A stretch of 62,331 nucleotides of DNA, the filler included, from Basidiobolus meristosporus CBS 931.73 (taxonomy: Eukaryota > Fungi > Basidiobolomycota), in the NCBI GenBank assembly GCA_002104905.1. It is 5 parts of 5 records of this genome, joined end to end, with 100 filler letters (N's around TTAATTAATTAA, not from the genome) between each part and the next. Parts side by side here need not be neighbours in the genome. Positions count along the whole stretch, not along the records: positions 1 to 20,591 come from MCFE01001002.1; 4 more parts are not named here. One strand, 5' to 3'. The notes beneath the pieces were generated by a model. That model was not told where the DNA came from. It did not search any database and saw only the letters and a list, made by a program, of their open reading frames with translations. Below are positions 1 to 13,432 of this stretch, one piece after another. How positions within the stretch are numbered: position 1 is the first letter of the stretch; every line of letters begins with the position of its first letter. The translations under genes and the position numbers were made by a program.

Positions 1-121
1 AGAAACTAAGGGGCCCAATGAGTGGGGAATCTGTTAAGTAATGCACAGTTGGGTTGGGAGTAACAAGCAACTAATTTGTATTAGGAAAGCTCTACAAAAG
101 TATGCTAGTTTTCCCTTGGTC
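1..121 (+). pseudogene. C-terminal fragment of CACTA/En-Spm transposase
   Basis: Nucleotide similarity by eye to 39720-39850 (aagcaactaattt...ggaaa...tatgc), the 3' part of the En-Spm transposase copy at 37543-40200. Confidence 0.5.
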
Positions 122-250
122 CCCTATGGGAAATTATTGAGATGATCTCATCAAAAGGCCATCACAGAATTAAAGTGCCATGACTAAGAGGTACTGATCC
201 CATAAGGACACCGTCCAGACACAATTGAAAAATAATTGTACCCCAGATTT
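122..250 (+). repeat. CACTA-like terminal sequence (CCCTATG...), inverted partner at 2562-2686
   Basis: ccctatgggaaattattgagatgatctcatcaaaaggcc...ccccaga aligns over about 125 bp with the reverse complement of 2562-2686 (ccctatgaaaattattgtaatgatcccatcaaaaggcc...ccccaga). Confidence 0.65.
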
Positions 251-1500
251 CACAAAAAACTTGGTCAAAATTTCTCATCACAACAGTATATAAGTGGCTT
301 TCAATTGGTTCCCTGCCAATTTGCTCACTTTCTGATCCCAGACACTCTGTTGCATCCTATGTTTGTGTGCATTGATTGGCTATTGCCTCTTTTTCACACT
401 CCTTGCTGCCTGACTCAACCATTTCTCTTACTTTTCATGTGTATACACTTATTTATTTCCATTGAAAAGTGGCCGGTTTTTATCACTGCCAGCTCCTTCA
501 CTGCTACTTTGACTGGGTGCTTCTTGAGTGGTACTACAATTCTCCTTGATAAATACTGTGCTGGTGCATCTGTGTCTGCCTGCTTGTCCCTAATTTGCAC
601 TCTTCCAGCTACCTGATGCCTCCTTGATGCTTGTCTGGAGCTTTCAGCCCTGCTTGTAACAAGCTCTTGAGGAAGCTGCTGGTTTTAGCCATGGCATCCT
701 TGTTCTTCTTCCTTTATAAGTTTCTGCTATTTTTAAGATACTTTCTTAGCATACCAATGCTGGCCCAAAATCCATTTGCCTGTTTGAATCCAGGATAATA
801 CTCATGGAATAAGTCAAGTGCATTCTACTTGGCCTTGAGTTCCTTATTGTCTCATGGCATGCCAGCCTTAAGGTGATGGCATGCTAGACTTCTGACAGCC
901 TCTTGAATATTAGCCTACTCTTTGTTATTGCATTCAATGGCTTCACAGATCTTCAGTGTCTTTTGATTTTGGGCTTTGGTATAAACACCACATGGTCTCC
1001 CTCCCATGCTGTGATAGGTTTTTCTGTGGGCTTTATCTTTGGGCACTGTTATTGTGCTTCAAACACTGTAAGGTGTTCCTCTGCTGCTACATTGGGAAAT
1101 AGTTCAATTTTTGCTTGTGACATTGAGCTACTTGAGTTCCTTCTTTGCAGCAAAGATGCTGCCTTCTCTGCCTGGAATATTGATTGCCCTACATGTATTA
1201 TCCACTCATCCTGTTTCTGGACTATTTCCTGATTTCTTTGGGCCATTGCATCTATCCTATCAGCACTGCACCTAGTTGCTTCATTAATGCTTTGGTATGA
1301 GCTGACAATATACTTGCTCAAATAGGTGGGGCAGGTGTTATGATGGCCACTTGCTGGTGCACTGATTATCAAAGCAAGCTGATGTCCAACTGTTCTTCTG
1401 TTGCTGTCAGCAGTGGGGCTTGGTTGGGTAGCAGAAGACTTTTGCTTTATTTTTTGGCGGCATATATATGGAAGTGAGTCAGACCAAAGGGGAAATAGTG
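250..1500 (-). pseudogene. Degenerate accessory ORF ('ORF X') of the CACTA/En-Spm family
   Basis: Stop-riddled frame reading MAQRNQEIVQKQDE...LLQRR.SSSSMSQ...AVRSLACHHL...LFHEYYPGFKQANGFWASIGMLRKYLKNSR; a second copy at 37016-37500 lies head-to-head with the En-Spm transposase. Confidence 0.5.
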
Positions 1501-1592
1501 TTACATATATGTGTGTATGTGGTACCACAACATTATTTATGATGGTTACTAAGGTGGGTCATTTTTGAATCATACATTCATGTAGGTGCAAT

Positions 1593-2562
1593 AGACTTGT
1601 TCTGATGGATAGTGTCACATAGTGCCAGCCTGTTTGTAGTGCTGGATTGATCTGGCACTATATGGCACCATCTAGCACTATAATTTCTACCATAATGCCA
1701 GTGGTAGGATATAGATACTGCCAATTTTACTCAATCTTACTTATGCTACTCACAGTAGTGCTTTCCTTGCTATATTTACTCATCAAAATGCTCCACACAC
1801 ATTTCTCTCAGTGGATATCTTCTTGTATGAATGTACTGTACATTGATAAGTATCTTAACTATTTTACCTATTCTGCTGTTTTCTCCTATATATGACTTTC
1901 CTCTGTATTTACCAGCTAATATGCCAAATCTCTTCAGATAAGCAAATGTATGCCCTACCCTCACTCTGAAATGATCAAATAACTCTTTTTAGAGCTTCTG
2001 CTTCCTGCTAAGCACACCATTCCTTAGCTTCCTATAAGCTGTAATACATCCTGATCTCTGACAATCCTCCACTATATAGGCTAAGTCTGCTATATATTTC
2101 TCCCCTCTACTGAATTCTTGATGATTTGCTACCCAGAGTGCTTTGTCATGCCAACTTCCAGTAAATGGCCCACTAAACCTGATGATGTTACCCTCAATGT
2201 CAGACTTGAAGCTTCACACAGTGTGCCTTGTACTTGCCAGAATAAAAGTGTCTCTGCCTTCTAGAAGGTATGTTAATCCTGACTGGGAAGGTATCCAAAA
2301 TACTCCTTATATGGAACCTGCTGCTGAGCACTCTGGGATATGGAAGTCTTTTGGAGCCTCTGAGCCTTGTATTCCAAGCTTCCTCAAGGTCATTAATACC
2401 CTCTGCAAGGTGGTTCTCCATTGCTGGCAGCTAGGAATGAAGGCTTCTAGGACTTCTGTTGCCATGAATGGTGGGATGAATCCTTGTAGGGCAATCATTC
2501 TTGTAATAGCACAGAAGCTGAACAAGGGATCTCCTTGAGTCAATTGGGGTAGATGGTCCACT
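1593..2562 (-). mobile_element. IS5/PIF-Harbinger-like (DDE_Tnp_4-type) transposon copy 1, 5'-truncated pseudogene
   Basis: ORF pieces with ILDTFPV, YSGKYKAHCVKLQ, RVGHTFAYLK; terminal sequence agacttgttctgatggatagtgtcac shared with 33351 and 34741. Confidence 0.8.
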
Positions 2563-2686
2563 CTGGGGTGCAATTGTTTTTCAATAGTCTCTGGACAGTG
2601 TCCTGATGGGATCAGTACCCCTTAGCAATGGGAGTTTAACTTTGCAATGGCCTTTTGATGGGATCATTACAATAATTTTCATAGGG
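2562..2686 (-). repeat. CACTA-like terminal sequence ending ...ttttcataggg
   Basis: Inverted homolog of 122-250; same terminal motif as the MITEs and the En-Spm end at 40666. Confidence 0.65.
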
Positions 2687-2704
2687 CATCTTGAACCCTT
2701 AGAT

Positions 2705-5091
2705 GGGCCAGATTTAGTCTCTTCCAAAATTTCTAAGTTATTGGCGGCTATGATAAGATCATCCACATATAGAGCTAATAAAACTGGATTTGCACTATCT
2801 GGCTTATAGTGTATAGTATAGTCAGCATTACTCCTCTTGAAACTCAGATACTCCCAACAAGAATCTAGTTGGTAAGCTAGGCTCTTGGTAACTGTGTGAG
2901 TCCATGTAGAGACTTTTTAAGCTTGTAGACAAAATGAGAGCTATCTTGGCTAACAAACCCATCAGGCTGGTCCACATACATGTCCTCATCAAGTTCTCCA
3001 TTCAAAAATGCAATTTTTACATTCATTTAATGTATAAAATGTTGTAATTATTAAGTTGCCACCTAGGTATTCATACTAACTTAGTCACATAGATCTTATT
3101 TTTGGATTAGCATTCTGTCCTGACCAAATTTCTTGTTAGGATTTACTTGTAATATTTTCACCAAGTTATCAGGTACCCATATTATGATGTTAAGCCCCCA
3201 AACTTTGCACACATATTCTTGGTACCTTCCTCAACAAACTCTATAGGCTTGTTTCCTCTACTTTATCAAAAGTATAAATACAATACTTTGGATTAATAAA
3301 TCTTCAAGTGTGTAACATGTAAATCATCCAGTTGTTCACATCACTTTCAATACTCCTCAGAATATTGCAACATAAAAAACTTGTATTCAGCTGTAATAGC
3401 CAATATTAATTGGATGGAATTGAACTTGGCTACTGGTGCAAAGGTCTCAGCATAGTCAAGTCCTTATATTCAAGAGTATTGTTTGGCCACAAGTCTTACT
3501 TTGTATCTTTCAATTGTACCATCACCCTTGTATCTTGTCTTTAAGACCCATCTGCTTCCAATTGATTTTTGGGTGATTAGTACTTTGACCAAATCCTAAG
3601 TCTGATTTTCCATCAGAGCCTGATATTCTTCAGTCATTGCAGATCTCCAAAGCTTTGTCTGAGGGCTATTTAGGGCCTCTTTTATGGTCTAGGGCTTATC
3701 TACATGTACTGAATAGGCTTAAGCTAAGTTTGTGCGCTCATTGATATAGTAATTTGGGCTATTTCTTGTCCGGTTGAATCTCTGGGCATTTGGTACTGGA
3801 ATTTTCACTTCTGGGATATTCCTGGGCTCTGACTCAGGCTGAAACATGGTTGTAGAGCTCTCTGAAGTGAGAAATATGCATTGTTTTGCTCTGATTCAAT
3901 CCTGACAATTGGTGAACTTGAGATCCTATTCTTGTCATCAACTGTTGTCTTTTGTTGTGAAAAATTTGAGTTTTCTGCTAATAATACTTCCCTGAACTTG
4001 ATCAGCTTTGTTTCTTTGGTATTGTAGAGTCTGTATGCTTTACTCACATTGCAGTAGCCCAAAACTGTATCTTACACTTTTTGGCACAAATTTTACTGAT
4101 TTCCAGGCAGCTTCTTGGCATATGCTGTACACCCAAATATTCTTAGATGTTTTGCACTTGGTCTGTATCCATACCATGCTTCAAATGGAGTAGAATCACA
4201 AAGTATTCTGTTACAACTCCTATTTTTAAGATATACAGCAGTGGCAACTGAATGGTACGTAGTCTCTTGCTTTATCCCATGAATTTTGCAGAAGTGGATG
4301 AAAAGTTTTGATGTATATTTGCAACCATTGTCAGGGCATATTTTCTTGGTTTTTTCAGCAGTTTCTCTCTCCACCATGACTTTAAACTCCCTGAACTTAG
4401 ACAGAGCTTCTTCCTTTCTCTCCATAAAGTAGACCCACATGTATCTTGCATAATCATCACTAAAAGTGATTAAACACTGATCCCACCTAAGGATAAGTTT
4501 TGCAAAGGTCTACACATGTCCAAGTGTATTAGATCTAATTTTTTCTTAGTCTTAGCTCACTCAGAGCTCTTGAGCTGTTGTCTGGCTTGTTTCCCATGTA
4601 TGCAGGCTTCTCAGTACTCCAAATTAGCTGGGAGATCAATTTTACTCTGGAAATTAGCTGATCTTTGATCAGTTTGCATAGTTAATCAAAATTGATGTTT
4701 CCAAATCTCCTATGCCAAAGCATTGGTGTTTCTTATATGATGAATTTTCTTAGCAACTGAACAGTGGTATATGTTGTCTAATGCCTTCCAGGCATTCTTT
4801 GTGGTTCTTGCTCTTGGATATTGAGTTAGCAATTTGTCTTTGATATTAAGGCAAATGCAGTTAAAGGCACATTGTTCTTTCTTCTGGTACTTTGGGGATT
4901 CCTCTCCCACATTTTTAGGAGGACATTCTCTTCCAATGACAATATCCCAAGGGCCTCTTTCTTATAGAAGCATCTTCATCTTCACCTCCCACACTTGGTA
5001 GTCAGATCCATCCAATTTTTCAGCAGAGGGAAAAAATCTAGTAATAGCAGTAGTAGACATTGCAGAGAGTGACAGCTTGGGGCACATAGCC
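2705..5091 (-). mobile_element. Copia family 1 element E0 (deleted gag-integrase-RT, no 3' LTR)
   Basis: PBS-like ggctatgtgcccc next to the LTR at 5092; gag EKLDGSDYQVW; integrase fragments; RT KARLVAK and YVDDLIIA; about 1.3 kb gag-to-preintegrase deletion near 4725. Confidence 0.85.
3040..3372 (+). repeat. Solo LTR (diverged copia family 1) inserted in the E0 RT
   Basis: TGTTGTAA...TGCAACA termini flanked by a 5-bp TSD TAAAA (3035-3039 and 3373-3377). Confidence 0.8.
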
Positions 5092-5440
5092 TGTTGTAAG
5101 AGTCTTGGAGATATTGGAAGTGATTGGGAGAAAAAGTAGATAATGTTGTTATCACTTAATGATTTATTGAGTGTAAAAGTAGTATTTATACTTTTACATG
5201 TTCTTGGCATAACAAGCACATAGAATAGGCTGAGGAAGGTTCCAAGAATATGTGTTCAAGGTATAGGGTTGCTTGCACAACATTGAGTATTTTCATGTTC
5301 TGGGTACCTTTTATTTTGGTGAATATATTGTAGCTAAATCCCAACAAGGAATTTGGTCAGTATCCTCTAGGATCTAAAAGTAATTTTCTAAGTGACTAAG
5401 TTAGGTGAATATTTAGGTGGAAATTTAAAATTTTACAACA
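5092..5440 (-). repeat. Copia-1 LTR shared by E1 (as 3' LTR) and E0 (as 5' LTR)
   Basis: 349 bp TGTTG...CAACA with a PPT on one side and a PBS plus gag on the other. Confidence 0.85.
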
Positions 5441-7685
5441 CTCCCACTCAGCTAAATGTTAATACTGACTAGTCCTAATTTTGACCTTAGATACTCAAAC
5501 TTGTCTCTAGCTAATGGTTTGGTAAATATGTCTGCAATCATTTCATCTGTAGGACAGTAAACTAGGCTAACTAAGTTATTCTCTATAGCTTCACGTATGA
5601 AATGATGTCTAATATCTATGTGCTTGGTTCTAGCATCAAAAGTAGGATTTCTACCTAATTGTATACATCCTTGATTATCTTGAAGTAATGTAATAGGCAT
5701 TTTTTAACATAGGCCCAAATCTGTAAAAAGGCTCTTGGTAACTGTGTGAGTCCATATAGTGACTTTTTAAGCTTGCAGACCAAATGGGGGTTATCTTGGT
5801 CAGCAAACCCATCAGGCCGGTCCATATACACATCCTCATCAAGTTCTCCATTCAAAAATGCAGCTTTTACATCCATTTGATGAATGAAAAACTTATATTT
5901 GGCTGCGATAGCCAATATTAATCTAATGGAATTAAACTTGGCTACCAGTGCAAAGGTCTCAGTAGAGTCAAGTCCTTTTGTTTGAGAGTATCCTTTGGCT
6001 ACAAGTCTTGCTTTGTATCTTTCAATTGTACCATCAGCCTTGTATTTTGTCTTGAAGACCCATCTGCATCCAATTGATTTTTGGTTGATTGGTAATTTGA
6101 CTAAGTCCCAAGTTTGATTTTCCATCAGGGCCTGATATTCCTCAGTCATTGCAGATCTCCAAAACTTTGTCTGAGGGCTATTTAGGGCCTCTTTTACAGT
6201 CTGGGGTGCATCAATATGGACTGAATAGGCATAGGCTAAGTTTGTACCCTCATTGATACAGTAATTTGGGCTATTTCTTGTCCAATTGGATCTCTAGGCA
6301 TTTGATACTGGAATGCTCACTTCTGGGGTATTTCTGGGCACCAATTCAGGCTGAAACATGGTTGTAGAGCCCTCTGGAATGAAAAAATCTTTATTGTTTT
6401 GCTCTGATTCAATCCTGACAATTCATGGACTGGAGATCAGATTTTTGTCATCATCTGATGTCATTTTTTGTGAAAAATTTGAATTTTTATCAAACAACAC
6501 ATCCCTGGCCTTGATTAGCTTCTTTGCTTTAGTATTTTAGGGTCTGTATGCCTTACTCTCATTGCAGTAGCCCAAAAATATGCATTTTACACTTTTTGGC
6601 CCATATTTTGACTGATTTCTGGCCAATTTTTTGGCATATGCTACACACCCAAATATTCTTAGATGTTCTGCACTTGGTCTGTATCCATCCAATGCTTCAA
6701 ATGGAGTAGAATCACAAAGTATTCTGTTATAACTCCTATTTTTAAGATATACAGCAGTGGCAACTGAATGGTACAGTAGTCTCTTGCTTTATCCCATGAA
6801 TTTTGCAGAAGTGGATGAAGAGTTTTGACGTATATTCTCCACCATTGTCAGAGCGTATTTTCTTGATTTTTTCAGCAGTTTCTCTCTCCATCATGACTTT
6901 GAGCTCCCTGAACTTGGACAGAGCTTCCACCTTTTTCTCCATGAAGTAGACCCATGTGTATCTTGTATAATCATCAATACAAGTGATTAAATACTTCATC
7001 CCACCTAAGGTTGAATTTTGCCTAGGTCCACACAGATCTGAGTGAATTAGATCTAACTTTATCTTAGTTTTGATTAACCCAGAGCTCTTAAATGGTTGTC
7101 TGGCTTGTTTCCCATTTATGCAGGCTTCACAGTGCTCCAAATTAGCTGGGGGATCAATTCTCACTCCAGAAATTAGCTGATCTTTGATCATTTTGCGCAA
7201 ATAATCAAAATTGATGTGCCCAAATCTGCTGTGCCAAAGCATTGGTGTTTCTTCATTTAAGTTACTTACATTGGCTTCCAGATATGATGGAATATAAGTC
7301 AACTTGTATAGATTCTGATCTCTGATGCCCAAAGCAATATGGGCACCATTTTGATCAGTGATCCTGCATCCAGAATTGTCAAAACTGAAACTAAGTCCCT
7401 CTGCTGTGGCTTTGCATACAGAGAGTAGGTTCTTGGCTATTTCTGGTGCATAGAGTACCTCTTTAAAGGACAGTGTATGGCATCCTTCACTGCTTCTAAG
7501 GTTTACTTGGATAGTTCCTTCTCCCACTGCATCAAGTGTTCTATTGTCACCCATGAAAACCTTTCTAATTGGTATTTCTTGATATTGGGTAAAAAGTTCT
7601 TTTTGGTGTGTAAAGTGGTGAGAAGCTCCAGAGTTGATATACCATGTCTGAGAATCCTTTTTGTGGTCATATTTAATGCAGATAT

Positions 7686-10600
7686 TGTTGTAAGAGTCTT
7701 GGAGATATTGGAAGTGATTGGGAGAACAAGTAGATTATGTGGTTTTCACTTAATGATTTATTGAATGTAAAAGTAGTATTTATACTTTTACCTGGTCTTG
7801 GCATTACAAACATGTAGAATAGGTTAAGGAAGGTCCCAAGAACATGTGTGCAAAGTTTGGGGCTGTTTGGACAACTTTGAGAATTTTCATGTTCTGGGTA
7901 CCTGGTATTTTGGTGAAAATATTCTAAGTAAATCCCAACAAGGAATTTAGTCAGTATTCTCTAGGATTTGAAGGTGATGATCTAAGTGACTAAGTTAGGT
8001 GAATATCTAGGTGGAATTACAAATTTTTTACAACACTCCCACTCAGCTAAATGTTCATACTGACTAGTCCTAATTTTGACCTTAGATACTCAAACTTGTC
8101 TCTAGCTAATGGTTTGGTAAATATGTCTGCAATCATTTCATCTGTAGGACAGTAAGCTAAGCTAACTAAGTTATTCTCTATAGCTTCACGTATGAAATGA
8201 TGTCTAATATCTATGTGCTTGGTTCTAGCATCAAAAGTAGGATTTCTACCTAATTGTATACATCCTTGATTATCTTGAAATAATGTAATAGGCATTTTTT
8301 GACATAGGCCTAAATCTGTAAGGAGCTTTCTTAGCCACATTGCTTCTTTTGTAGCTTCACAGGCTGTCATATACTCTGCCTCTGTAGTAGAAAGTGCAAC
8401 GGTTGGTTGCTTTCTTGAATTCCATGATATTGCTCCTTTACAGTAAAGAAAGGTGTATCCTGTGGTGGATCTTCTGTCTTCCAAATTTTGTCCCCAATCA
8501 GCATCAGAGTATCTCACAAGATCCTGTTCTGAATCCTTATAAGTGTATCTTAAGCAGATATCAGCAGTTCCTTTTAGGTATCTAAAAATCCACTTAACTG
8601 CTGCAATATGATCAGATCCATAATTCTGATTATGTTGGCTGACAACTCCCACTGAATATGAGATATCTGGACATGTTCCAAGCATGATATACATCAGACT
8701 GCCGACTATAGATTGATAAGGAAAGTCAGGGCTTTCAGATGGCACCAAGCTCTCTTGATTTGGTTGAGTTTTGACCAAGTTAAGGTTTGTCTCCATTGGG
8801 GTAGCTGCCGGTTTACAGTCTTCCATTTTGTACTTCTTTAGTATATCTTGCATATACTTGGATTGGCTTAGGGTAATAGTCTGAGTACTTCTGTCTATGG
8901 AGAGCTTAATCCCTAAGTAGTAACCAAGTTCTCCTAGATCAGACATCTTGAACTCCATAGATAGGCTGGATTTAGTCTCTTCCAATGTTTCTAGGTTATT
9001 GGCAGCTATAATAGATCATCCACATATAGAGCTAATAGAACTGGATTTGCTCTATCTGGCTTATAGTATATACTATAGTCAGCATTACTTCTTTTGAAAC
9101 TCATAGATTTCAAATAAGAATCTATCTTGCAATTCCAGGCTCTTGGTGATTGTTTGAGACCATATAGTGACTTTTTAAGCTTGCAGACCAAATGGGGGTT
9201 ATCTTGGTCAACAAACCCATCAGGCTGGTCCATATACACGTCCTCATCAAGTTCTCCATTCAAAAATGCGCTTTTACATCCATTTGATGAATAAAAAACT
9301 TATATTTGGCTGAAATAGCCAATATTAATCTGATGGAGTTAAACTTGGCTACCGGTGCAAAGGTCTCAGTAGAGTCAAGTCCTTTTGTTTGAGAGTATCC
9401 TTTGGCTACAAGTCTTGCTTTGTATCTTTCAATTGTACCATCAGCCTTGTATTTTGTCTTGAAGACCCATCTGCATCCAATTGATTTTTGGTTGATTGGT
9501 AATTTGACCAAGTCCCAAGTTTGATTTCCATCAGGGCCTGATATTCCTCAGTCATTGCAGATCTCCAAAACTTTGTCTGAGGGCTATTTAGGGCCTCTTT
9601 TACAGTCTGGGGTGCATCAATATGGACTGAATAGGCATAGGCTAAGTTTGTACCCTCATTGATATAGTAATTTGGCTATTTCTTGTCCAATTGGATCTCC
9701 GGGCATTTGATACTGGAATGATCACTTCTGGGATATTCCTGGGCACTGATTCTGGCTGAACCACAGTTGTAGAGTCCTCTGGAGTGAAAAAATTTTCACT
9801 GTTTTGCTCTGATTCAATCCTGACAATTGGTGGACTTGAGATCAAATTTTTGTCATCATCTGATGTCATTTTTTGTGAAAATTTTGAATTTTCATCAAAC
9901 AACACATCCCTAAACTTGATCAGCTTCTTTGCTTTGGTATTGTAGAGTCTGTATGCCTTACTCACATTGCAGTAGCCCAAAAATATGATTTTACACTTTT
10001 TGGCTCATATTTTGACTGATTTCCGGCCAGTTTTTTGGCATATGCTGTACACCCAAATATTCTTTGATGTTCTGCACTTGGTCTGTATCCATACCATGCT
10101 TCAAATGGAGTAAAATCACAAAGTATTCTGTTATAACTCCTATTTATAAGATATACAGCAGTGGCAACTGATTCTGCCCAAAAATCATAGGATAATTTTT
10201 GATCATGGATCATAGATCTTGCCATATCAGTTATTGATCTGTTAGCTTGTTCTGCTACTCCATTTTGCTGTGGGGAGTATGGTACAGTAGTCTCTTGCTT
10301 TATCCCATGAATTTTGCAGAAGTGGATGAAGAGTTTTGAGGTATATTCTCCACCATTGTCAGAGTGTTTTTTCTTGATTTTTTCAGCAGTTTCTCTCTCC
10401 ACCATGGCTTTGAGCTCCCTGAACTTAGACAGAGCTTCTTCTTTTCTCTCCATGAAGTAGACCCATGTGTATCTTGTATAATCATCAATAAAAGTGATTG
10501 ATTACTTGATCCCGCCTAAGGATAAATTTTGCATAGGTCCACACAGATCTGAGTGAATTAGATCTAATTTTCTCTTAGTTTTGATTAGCCCAGAGCTCTT

Positions 10601-12051
10601 GAACGGTTGTCTGGCTTGTTTCCCATATATGCAGGCTTCACAGTGCTCCAAATTAGCTGGGGGATCAACTTTCACTCCAGAAATTAGCTGATCTTTGATC
10701 ATTTTGCGCAAATAATCAAAATTGATGTGCCCAAATCTCCTGTGCCAAAGCATTGGTGTTTCTTCATTTAAGTTACTTATATTGGCTTCCAGATATGATG
10801 GAATATAAGTCAACTTGTATAGATTCTGATCTCTGATGCCCAAAGCAATGTGAGCACCATTTTGATCAGTAATCCTGCATCCAGAATTGTCAAAACTGAA
10901 ACTGAGTCCTTCTGCTGTGGCCTTGCTTACAGAGAGTAGGTTCTTGGCTATTTCTGGTACATAGAGTACTTCTTTGAAGGTCAGTGTATGGCTTCCTTCA
11001 CTGCTTATAAGGTTTACTTGGATAGTTCCTTCTCCCACTGCATCAAGGGTTCTGTTGTCACCCATGAAAACCTTCATAATTGGAATTTCTTGATATTGGG
11101 TAAAAAGCTCTTTTTGGTGTGTAAAGTGTTGAGAAGCTCCAGAGTCAATATACCACGTCTGAGAATCCTTGTTTGTGGTCATATTTAGTACAGATATGAA
11201 TAGTCTATCTTCAGTTGTTGCAGCATTTCCATATTCAGGCTTCTTTTGCTGGTAATCTCTTTCTTTGAAACACCGGTCTGATGTGTGTCCTTTCCTTTTG
11301 CAGTAGTTACAAAATAGGTTGCTGTTGCCTTTGTAGGGTCTTGGGTACCTCCTTTGTTGGTTATCATTGCTTATTAAAGCATTTTCTTCTTCCTTCTTAT
11401 TGGCGCTTGATTTTCTTAATTCTTCATCCAGGAGCCTTCCATATATGTAATTTAAGGTCAAATCTTCAGTTCTGGACTCTAGAGCTGATACAAGGCCCTG
11501 AAACTTGTCTGTCAGGCTATTCAGGATGGTAACAATCACATCCTTATGACAATATCCCAAAGGCCTCTTTCTTGTAGCAGCATCTTCATCTTTACCTTCC
11601 ACACTTGGTAGTTAGAGCCATCCAACTTTTCAGCATAGGGAAAAGTTCCAGTAATAGCAGTAGTAGACATTACAGAGAGTGACAGCTTGGGGCTCATAAC
11701 CTGTTGTAAGAGTCTTGGAGATATTGGAAGTGATTGGGAGAACAAGTAGATTATGTGGTTTTCACTTAATGATTTATTGAATGTAAAAGTAGTATTTATA
11801 CTTTTACCTGGTCTTGGCATTACAAACACGTAGAATAGGCTAAGGAAGGTCCCAAGAACATGTGTGCAAAGTTTGGGGCTGTTTGGACAACTTTGAGAAT
11901 TTTCATGTTCTGGGTACCTGGTATTTTGGTGAAAATATTCTAAGTAAATCCCGACAAGGAATTTAGTCAGTATTCTCTAGGATTTGAAGGTGATGATCTA
12001 AGTGACTAAGTTAGGTAAATATTTAGGTGGAATTACAAATTTTTTACAACA
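7686..12051 (-). mobile_element. Copia family 1 element E2, nested in E1 with 5-bp TSD GATAT
   Basis: LTRs 7686-8035 and 11702-12051; GATAT at 7681-7685 and 12052-12056; PBS ggttatgagcc; the flanks rejoin into the E1 gag-protease junction. Confidence 0.93.
8047..11690 (-). pseudogene. E2 gag-pol (zinc knuckle, protease DSGAS, integrase, RT YVDD, RNase H), frameshifted, about 300 bp gag deletion
   Basis: ORF track pieces 10502-11602, 9962-10453, 9642-9980, 9260-9511, 9006-9263 and 8047-8985 carry copia motifs HSDLCGP, PQQNGVAE, YKARLVAKG, YSDADWG, RTKHIDIRHH. Confidence 0.9.
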
Positions 12052-13225
12052 GATATGAATAGTCTATCTTCAGTTGTTGCAGTATTTCCATATTCATGCT
12101 TCTTTTGCTGATAATATCTCTTTTTGAGACACCGGTCTGATATGTGTCCTTTCCTTTTGCAGTAGTTGCAAAACAGGTTGCTGTTGTCTTTGCAGGGTCT
12201 TGGGTACCTCCTTTGTTGGCTATCATTGCTTATTAAAGCATTTTCTTCTTCCTTCTTATTGGCACTTGATTTTCTTAATTCTTCATCCAGGAGCCTTCTA
12301 TATACATAATTTAAGGTCAAATCTTCAGTTCTGGACTCCAGGGCTGATACAAGGCCCTGAAACTCATCTGCCAGGCTATTCAGGATGGTAACAATCACAT
12401 CCTCATCAGTAGTTGGTACATCCACAGATTCCATTTCATCTACCAGCAGGGTAATTCTGTCAATTAGATTTTTCATTTTTTCTCCTGGCAGCATCTTTGT
12501 AGTAAAGAATTTTTGTCTCAGATACATTTTCTTAGCAGCTGAACATGACTGGTAGGTGTCTTCTTAAGCCTTTCAAGCATTCTTTGCTGTTTTTGCTCTT
12601 GAGCATTGAATTAGCAATTTGTCCTTAATATTAAGGCAAATGCAGTTAAAGGCACATTGTTCTTTCTTTTGATACTTTAAGGCTTCCTCTCCCACATTTT
12701 TAGGAGGGCATTCTTCTCCCATGACAATATCCCAGAGGCCTCTTTCTTGTAGCAGCATCTTCATCTTCACCTTCCACGCTTGGTAGTTACCTCCATCCAA
12801 CCTCTTGGCAGAGGGAAAAATTCCAATAATAGCAGTAGTACAAATTGCAGAGAGTGACAGCTTGGGGCTCATAGCCAGCTGTAAGAGTCTTGGAGATAAT
12901 GGAAGGCATTTGGGAGAACAAGTAGTTATGTGGTTTTCATTTATTGATTTATTGAATGTAAAAGTAGTATTTATACTTTTACATGGTCTTGGCATTACCA
13001 ACATGTAGAATAGGTTAGGGAAGGTCCCAAAAACATGTGTGCAAAGTTTGGGGCTGTTTGGACAACTTTGAGAATTTTCATGTTCTGGGTACCTGGTATT
13101 TTGGTGAAAATATTCCAAGTAAATTCCAACATGGAATTTAGTCAGTATTCTCTAGGATTTGAGGGTAATGATTTAAGTGACTAAGTTAGATGAATATTTA
13201 GGTGGAAATACAAATTTTTACAACA

Positions 13226-13432
13226 GTTAATGCCATGAAACTGTTAACACATGCTGGTATCAGGACAGTCTCTGGGTCATATGTTGCCAGTTATATGACG
13301 GTTGTCCATTTATACCATGTACATGGTAAGTTGCATCCTGAGATGATTTTGGCAAGAAGTAGTAATGAATCCTCAAAGCCCCCATTACTGCTATTTGTGG
13401 AAACACCACTTCTCTAGCCACAACATGGTAAG
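13226..13432 (-). pseudogene. En-Spm transposase fragment between two copia LTRs
   Basis: Near-collinear with 52666-52862. Confidence 0.75.

Larger units (their letters stand above)
5092..13225 (-). mobile_element. Copia family 1 element E1 (5' LTR 12877-13225, 3' LTR 5092-5440), interrupted by E2 and internally deleted
   Basis: LTRs, PBS ggctatgagcccc (12864-12876), PPT tgagtgggag next to 5440, gag 12052-12870 with zinc knuckle CNYCKRKGHISDRC, protease/integrase 6742-7685, RT 5740-6149 fused by deletion to the RNase H end. Confidence 0.9.

Noticed and set aside
236-616. Hydrophobic + strand ORF as a membrane protein (similarly many 60-130 aa ORFs)
   Set aside because: Antisense shadows of transposon coding sequence, with no motif support.
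11689-11701. tRNA gene at gggctcataacc
   Set aside because: Only a 12-nt match; it is the reverse strand of the copia primer-binding site, with no cloverleaf.
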